Shown piece by piece: positions 51,734 through 55,422 of a stretch of DNA of 55,422 bases. The stretch's first letter is position 1. Each line of letters starts with the position of its first letter. Made by a program: the position numbers and the translations under genes. The notes beneath the pieces were generated by a model, which was not told the DNA's origin, did not search any database, and was given only the letters and a program-made list of their open reading frames with translations. The stretch is from Bradyrhizobium sp. (GTDB taxonomy: Bacteria > Pseudomonadota > Alphaproteobacteria > Rhizobiales > Xanthobacteraceae): assembly GCF_049512235.1 (NCBI RefSeq), contig NZ_JBEKXH010000001.1, positions 1-55,422 on the forward strand, written 5' to 3'.

Positions 51734-53119
51734 GTGACATCAAGGGGAATACGGGCGCTCGCCGTCGTGCTCGCCGCCGCGATTGGGCTGTGCCACGCGG
51801 CCGCGCCGGCAATGGCGCAGGATAAGATTACGGTCTGGTTCGGCAAGGGCTTCTACAAGTCCGAGGACGACGCGCTGCTGGAGGCGATCAGGAAGTTCGA
51901 GGCCAAGACCGGCATCAAGGTCGAGCTGTCGCAATATGCCATCCAGGACATGATCCCGAAAACGGTGGCGGCGCTGGACTCCGGCACGGTGCCGGACGTC
52001 GCCTATTCCGACAGCTACGACGTACAGGCCGCCGGCAAATGGGCGTTCGAGGGCAAGCTCGAGGATCTCACTGATATCCTGACGCCGATGAAATCGGCGT
52101 TCGCGCCGAACACGCTGGAGACCGCGCTGCTCTATAACGATCAGACCAAGAAGAAGGCCTATTACGGCTTCCCGTTGAAGCAGCAGAGCATGCACGTCCA
52201 GATCTGGAAGGACATGCTGGAAAAGGCCGGCTTCAAGGTCAGCGACATCCCGACGGGGTGGGCCGACTACTGGTCGTTCTGGTGCGACAAGGTGCAGCCG
52301 GGGATTCGCAAGGCCACCGGCCAGCGCATCTACGGCATCGGCCAGCCGATGGGCGTGGAATCGACCGATTCGTTCCAGTCGTTCTACACCTTCATGGATG
52401 CCTACAACGTCAAGCTCGTCGACGACGACGGCAAGCTTCTGGTCGACGATCCCAAGGTCCGGGACGGCCTGATCCATGCGCTGAAGGACTACACCGACAT
52501 CTACATCCGGGGCTGCACGCCGCCGTCCTCGACGACCTGGAAGGACCCGGACAACAACGTCGCCTTCCACAACAAGACGATTGTGATGACCCACAACTTC
52601 ACCATCTCGATCGCGGCGAAGTGGTTCGAGGATTCCACCAATCCGGCGCTGACCCCGGAACAGCGCGCCGCCGGCAAGAAGGCCTATGAGGAAGACATCA
52701 TCACCGCTTCCTTCCCCAACAAGCCGGATGGCACGCCGATCAAGTATCGCTCCGACGTCAAGACCGGCGTGATCTTCACCGCCGCGAAAAACAAGGCGCA
52801 GGCCAAGGAATTTGTAAAGTTCCTGCTGCAGGAGGAAAACCTGCAGCCTTACGTCGAAGGCGCGCTCGGCCGCTGGTTCCCGGTCACGACAGCCGGACAG
52901 CAGAGCCCGTTCTGGCAGGCCGACCGCCATCGCCGCGCGGTTTATGCGCAGTTCACGGGCGGCACGCAGCCGTTCGACTTCACCAAGAACTACAAATTCA
53001 CGGTCCTGAACAACGAGAACGTCTGGGCCAAGGCCATGAACCGCGTGGTGAGCGAGAAGGTGCCGGTGGATCAGGCGGTCGACGAATTGATTGCCCGCAT
53101 CAAGCAGGTCGCGGGTTGA
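51734..53119 (+). CDS. Carbohydrate ABC transporter substrate-binding protein (family 1)
   Basis: Signal peptide AMA-Q; FEAKTGIKVEL, GTVPDVAY, GKLEDLTD; upstream of two permeases. Confidence 0.88.
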   Translation: MTSRGIRALAVVLAAAIGLCHAAAPAMAQDKITVWFGKGFYKSEDDALLEAIRKFEAKTGIKVELSQYAIQDMIPKTVAALDSGTVPDVAYSDSYDVQAAGKWAFEGKLEDLTDILTPMKSAFAPNTLETALLYNDQTKKKAYYGFPLKQQSMHVQIWKDMLEKAGFKVSDIPTGWADYWSFWCDKVQPGIRKATGQRIYGIGQPMGVESTDSFQSFYTFMDAYNVKLVDDDGKLLVDDPKVRDGLIHALKDYTDIYIRGCTPPSSTTWKDPDNNVAFHNKTIVMTHNFTISIAAKWFEDSTNPALTPEQRAAGKKAYEEDIITASFPNKPDGTPIKYRSDVKTGVIFTAAKNKAQAKEFVKFLLQEENLQPYVEGALGRWFPVTTAGQQSPFWQADRHRRAVYAQFTGGTQPFDFTKNYKFTVLNNENVWAKAMNRVVSEKVPVDQAVDELIARIKQVAG

Positions 53120-53230
53120 CGTCAACGATGCCGGCAGGGGGTCGGCCAAAGGCCAGTGGCGAACTAATACGAAAGTGAGAATGAGATTCCAACTCGGCGC
53201 TGCCGGTGGTAACTCAGCATGAAGTCATAA

Positions 53231-53378
53231 TCTCCCCTCCCCCCACGCGCATCGCGCGTGGTGGGGAGGGGTCGGGGGTGGGGGGTGGCGCGGCGTTCGC
53301 CGAAGCAGCGGTTCCTGCCGATAGACCCCCCACCCCCCACCCCCGACCCCCCCAACCGCTTCGCGGGGGGAGGGGAGA
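53231..53378. repeat. G/C-rich palindromic miniature repeat element, copy C
   Basis: TCTCCCCTCCCCCC...GGGGGGAGGGGAGA termini and inner GGGGAGGGGTCGGGGGTGGGGGG / CCCCCCACCCCCGACCCC; same family as copy A. Confidence 0.8.
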
Positions 53379-53504
53379 AGATGACTCTAATGCAAAAGTG
53401 AAATTGAAATTCAAATTCTGCGCCGTAATGGGAGCTGACTTTCATGCGCAGAGGGTCGCCGCCGCCGATGGGGAACTCAGGATGAGGTCGAACGAGGGCG
53501 CGCC

Positions 53505-54383
53505 ATGGCAACGGTGACGGTCACAACAGCTGAGGAAGCAGTCCCCCGCGGGCCGCTGTCGACGCGTCTGACGACGCCGCAGGTCTGGGGCATCGCGCTA
53601 CTTTTGCCCTATATGCTCGTGTTCGCGGCCTTCGTGATCTATCCGGTCGGCTACGGGCTGTGGCTGGCGCGCCATCCCGCAAGCTATGTCGCGCTCTACC
53701 ACGATCCGATTTTCGCGCGCGCGGCGGTCAATACGCTGATCTTCCTCTTGGTCGGCATCAATTTCAAGATGGTGGTGGCGCTGTTCCTGTCCGGCTTCTT
53801 CATCCAGGAACGCCGCTGGATCAAATGGCTGTCGGTACTGTTCATCCTGCCCTGGGCGGTACCCTCGATCCCGACCATCCTGTCGGTGCGCTTCATGTTC
53901 AATCCCGAATGGGGCATGGTCAACCAGACCATCTTCAAGCTGACCGGCGAAGATGGTCCGAACTGGCTCAACGATCCCGCCGTCGCGCTGACCATGGCGA
54001 TCGGTGTGCATATCTGGAAATCGCTGCCGTTCTGGACCCTGATCCTGATGACCGGGCGGCTGGCGATCCCAGGCGATCTGTTCGAGGCGGCCGACGTCGA
54101 CGGCGCCAGCTGGTGGCAGAAATTCCGCTTCATCACCTGGCCCTCGGTGCAGATGCTCTATGTCACCTGCACGCTGCTCTCGATGATCTGGACGCTCGGC
54201 GACTTCAACAGCGTCTACCTCCTGACCGGCGGCGGACCCGCCGACCTCACCCATGTGCTGGCGACGCTGGGCATCCGCTACCTCCGGCTCGACCAGCTCG
54301 ATCTGTCGATGGCGGCGATCGTGTGCGCGCTGCCGCTGGTGCTTCCCCTGGTCTATTTCATGATGAAACGGCTGTCGCGATGA
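53505..54383 (+). CDS. Carbohydrate ABC transporter permease (MalF/UgpA-like)
   Basis: ILPWAVP, WKSLPF, DLFEAADVDGAS..QKFRFITWP (EAA loop), LTGGGP. Confidence 0.9.
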   Translation: MATVTVTTAEEAVPRGPLSTRLTTPQVWGIALLLPYMLVFAAFVIYPVGYGLWLARHPASYVALYHDPIFARAAVNTLIFLLVGINFKMVVALFLSGFFIQERRWIKWLSVLFILPWAVPSIPTILSVRFMFNPEWGMVNQTIFKLTGEDGPNWLNDPAVALTMAIGVHIWKSLPFWTLILMTGRLAIPGDLFEAADVDGASWWQKFRFITWPSVQMLYVTCTLLSMIWTLGDFNSVYLLTGGGPADLTHVLATLGIRYLRLDQLDLSMAAIVCALPLVLPLVYFMMKRLSR

Positions 54384-55231
54384 AGCTCCCCTCCCTGCGC
54401 GAGGCGACCGTCGAAGCGCGTCTGCTGCTGATCGGCTTTCCCGTGCTGATCTGGACCATGCTGCCGATCTATCACATGTTCCTGTTCGCGATCTCGCCCA
54501 AGGAGGATGCCTTCGCCGGCAAATTATGGCCCGATCATCCGACGCTGCATAATTTCGAAATCGTGTTTCGCCAGCAGCATTATTTCCTGAGGGATTTCTG
54601 GGTTCAGTTCTTCAATTCGACCGTGATCGCGGTCACGGTCGGCGCGCTCACGCTGTTTATTGCCACCGCGGCGGCGTTTTCGATCTCGCGGCTGCGCGTT
54701 CCCGGCGGCCGCTGGGTGATGAATCTGGCGCTCTTTACCTACTTTATTCCCGCTGCCTTCCTGGCGGTTCCGATGTACCGGACCATGGGCAATTACGGCC
54801 TGCTCAACAACCAATGGGCGCTGATCCTGGCGATGGTGACGATCGCTTCCCCTTATGCGATCTGGGTGCTCAAGCAGGCCTCTGACAAGCTGCCGGTCGA
54901 ACTTGACGAGGCGGCCATCATGGATGGCGCGACCACGCTGCAACTGTTCCGGCTGGTCTACATCCCCTTGATGATGCCGTCGCTGGTGGCGATCGGCACC
55001 TACGCGCTGCTGCTCGCCTGGAACGAATATCTCTACGCCTTCCTGCTGTTGTCAAACGACAAGGACATCACCCTGCCGGTCGCGCTCGGCAACTTCCTTG
55101 CCGCCGACGATTCGCCCTGGGAACTGTTGATGACCACCGGCTTCATCTACGCGCTGCCGCCGGCCGCGATCTACTACGCCTTCAGGCGCTACATGGTCGG
55201 CGGCCTGACCGCCGGCGCGGTGAAGTCGTGA
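54380..55231 (+). CDS. Carbohydrate ABC transporter permease (MalG/UgpE-like)
   Basis: ATG overlaps the upstream TGA; PTLHNF, ELDEAAIMDGA, AWNEYL, GLTAGAVKS. Confidence 0.9.
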   Translation: MKLPSLREATVEARLLLIGFPVLIWTMLPIYHMFLFAISPKEDAFAGKLWPDHPTLHNFEIVFRQQHYFLRDFWVQFFNSTVIAVTVGALTLFIATAAAFSISRLRVPGGRWVMNLALFTYFIPAAFLAVPMYRTMGNYGLLNNQWALILAMVTIASPYAIWVLKQASDKLPVELDEAAIMDGATTLQLFRLVYIPLMMPSLVAIGTYALLLAWNEYLYAFLLLSNDKDITLPVALGNFLAADDSPWELLMTTGFIYALPPAAIYYAFRRYMVGGLTAGAVKS

Positions 55232-55255
55232 CCATGCCAACGGAACCAAACCCGA

Positions 55256-55296
55256 TGTCATCGCCCGACTCGATCGGGCGACCCAGTATTCCAGAG
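55256..55296. repeat. Rhizobial REP-like palindrome (GTCAT-tagged type), single arm
   Basis: TGTCATCGCCCGACTCGATCGGGCGACCCAGTATTCCAGAG, with stem TCGCCCGA-CTCGA-TCGGGCGA just after the permease stop. Confidence 0.55.
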
Positions 55297-55300
55297 CACG

Positions 55301-55422
55301 CTAGCCTGGATTTCCACGGACCGGAATTCGCCTAACATTCCGCGGCGAGTAGCCGAAACGTGGCGCCGCTTCCGCTGACGTCAGGCCTTCCAGGTAGAAG
55401 GCCTGCAAGGCATCATACTGGC
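55301..55422 (-). pseudogene. HTH-containing transposase-like fragment (5' end outside the window)
   Basis: QYDALQAFYLEGLTSAEAAPRFGYSPRNV then an early stop; resembles the QYEALRAYFVEG...A.RFGY N-terminal HTH of putative transposases. Confidence 0.4.

Noticed and set aside
44234-53378. CRISPR array or intact IS interpretation of the repeats
   Set aside because: The copies are dispersed inverted repeats with no regular repeat-spacer periodicity, no cas genes and no transposase ORF between the arms.
53660-54379. Apparent N-terminal extension giving a 523-aa permease
   Set aside because: It overlaps the upstream permease in another frame. The real start is ATG 54380, coupled to the upstream TGA.

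Overview
High-GC alphaproteobacterial chromosome segment. Gene content and repeat families point to Bradyrhizobiaceae/Rhizobiales (inference). From left to right it contains: (1) a Che2/F7-like chemosensory operon on the minus strand (STAS-cheY-cheA-cheW-soluble triple-PAS MCP-cheR-cheD-cheB, with cheB cut by the window edge); (2) an mdtABC-OMF RND efflux operon; (3) a small accessory patch at the 3' side of tRNA-His with a BA14K-like protein, a type II toxin-antitoxin (TA) pair whose toxin has an in-frame TAG, a PAS-HWE kinase and a mini-phasin; (4) two more phasins, one with a PhaR-box-like motif as also seen at the mini-phasin; (5) a PdhS-like kinase with a degenerate ATP-binding lid; (6) a secreted beta-propeller protein; (7) a peptide ABC transporter; (8) a porin remnant, glk-pfkB and a RoxA-like di-heme cytochrome; (9) scoAB, asmA and a SEC-C/TPR protein; (10) three G/C-rich palindromic miniature elements, two of which bracket an ester-cyclase gene; (11) SRPBCC, MFS and serine hydrolase genes; (12) a small protein / Crp / Cys-less LOV-like HWE kinase module; (13) a sugar ABC transporter with no ATPase in the window. 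No CRISPR array, rRNA, integrase or intact IS was seen. The most notable candidates are the heme-PAS plus FAD-type-PAS hybrid chemoreceptor, the palindromic-element system, the small helical proteins near the Crp/HWE genes, and the orphan di-heme enzyme. All family assignments are from motif recognition only; no database searches were run.
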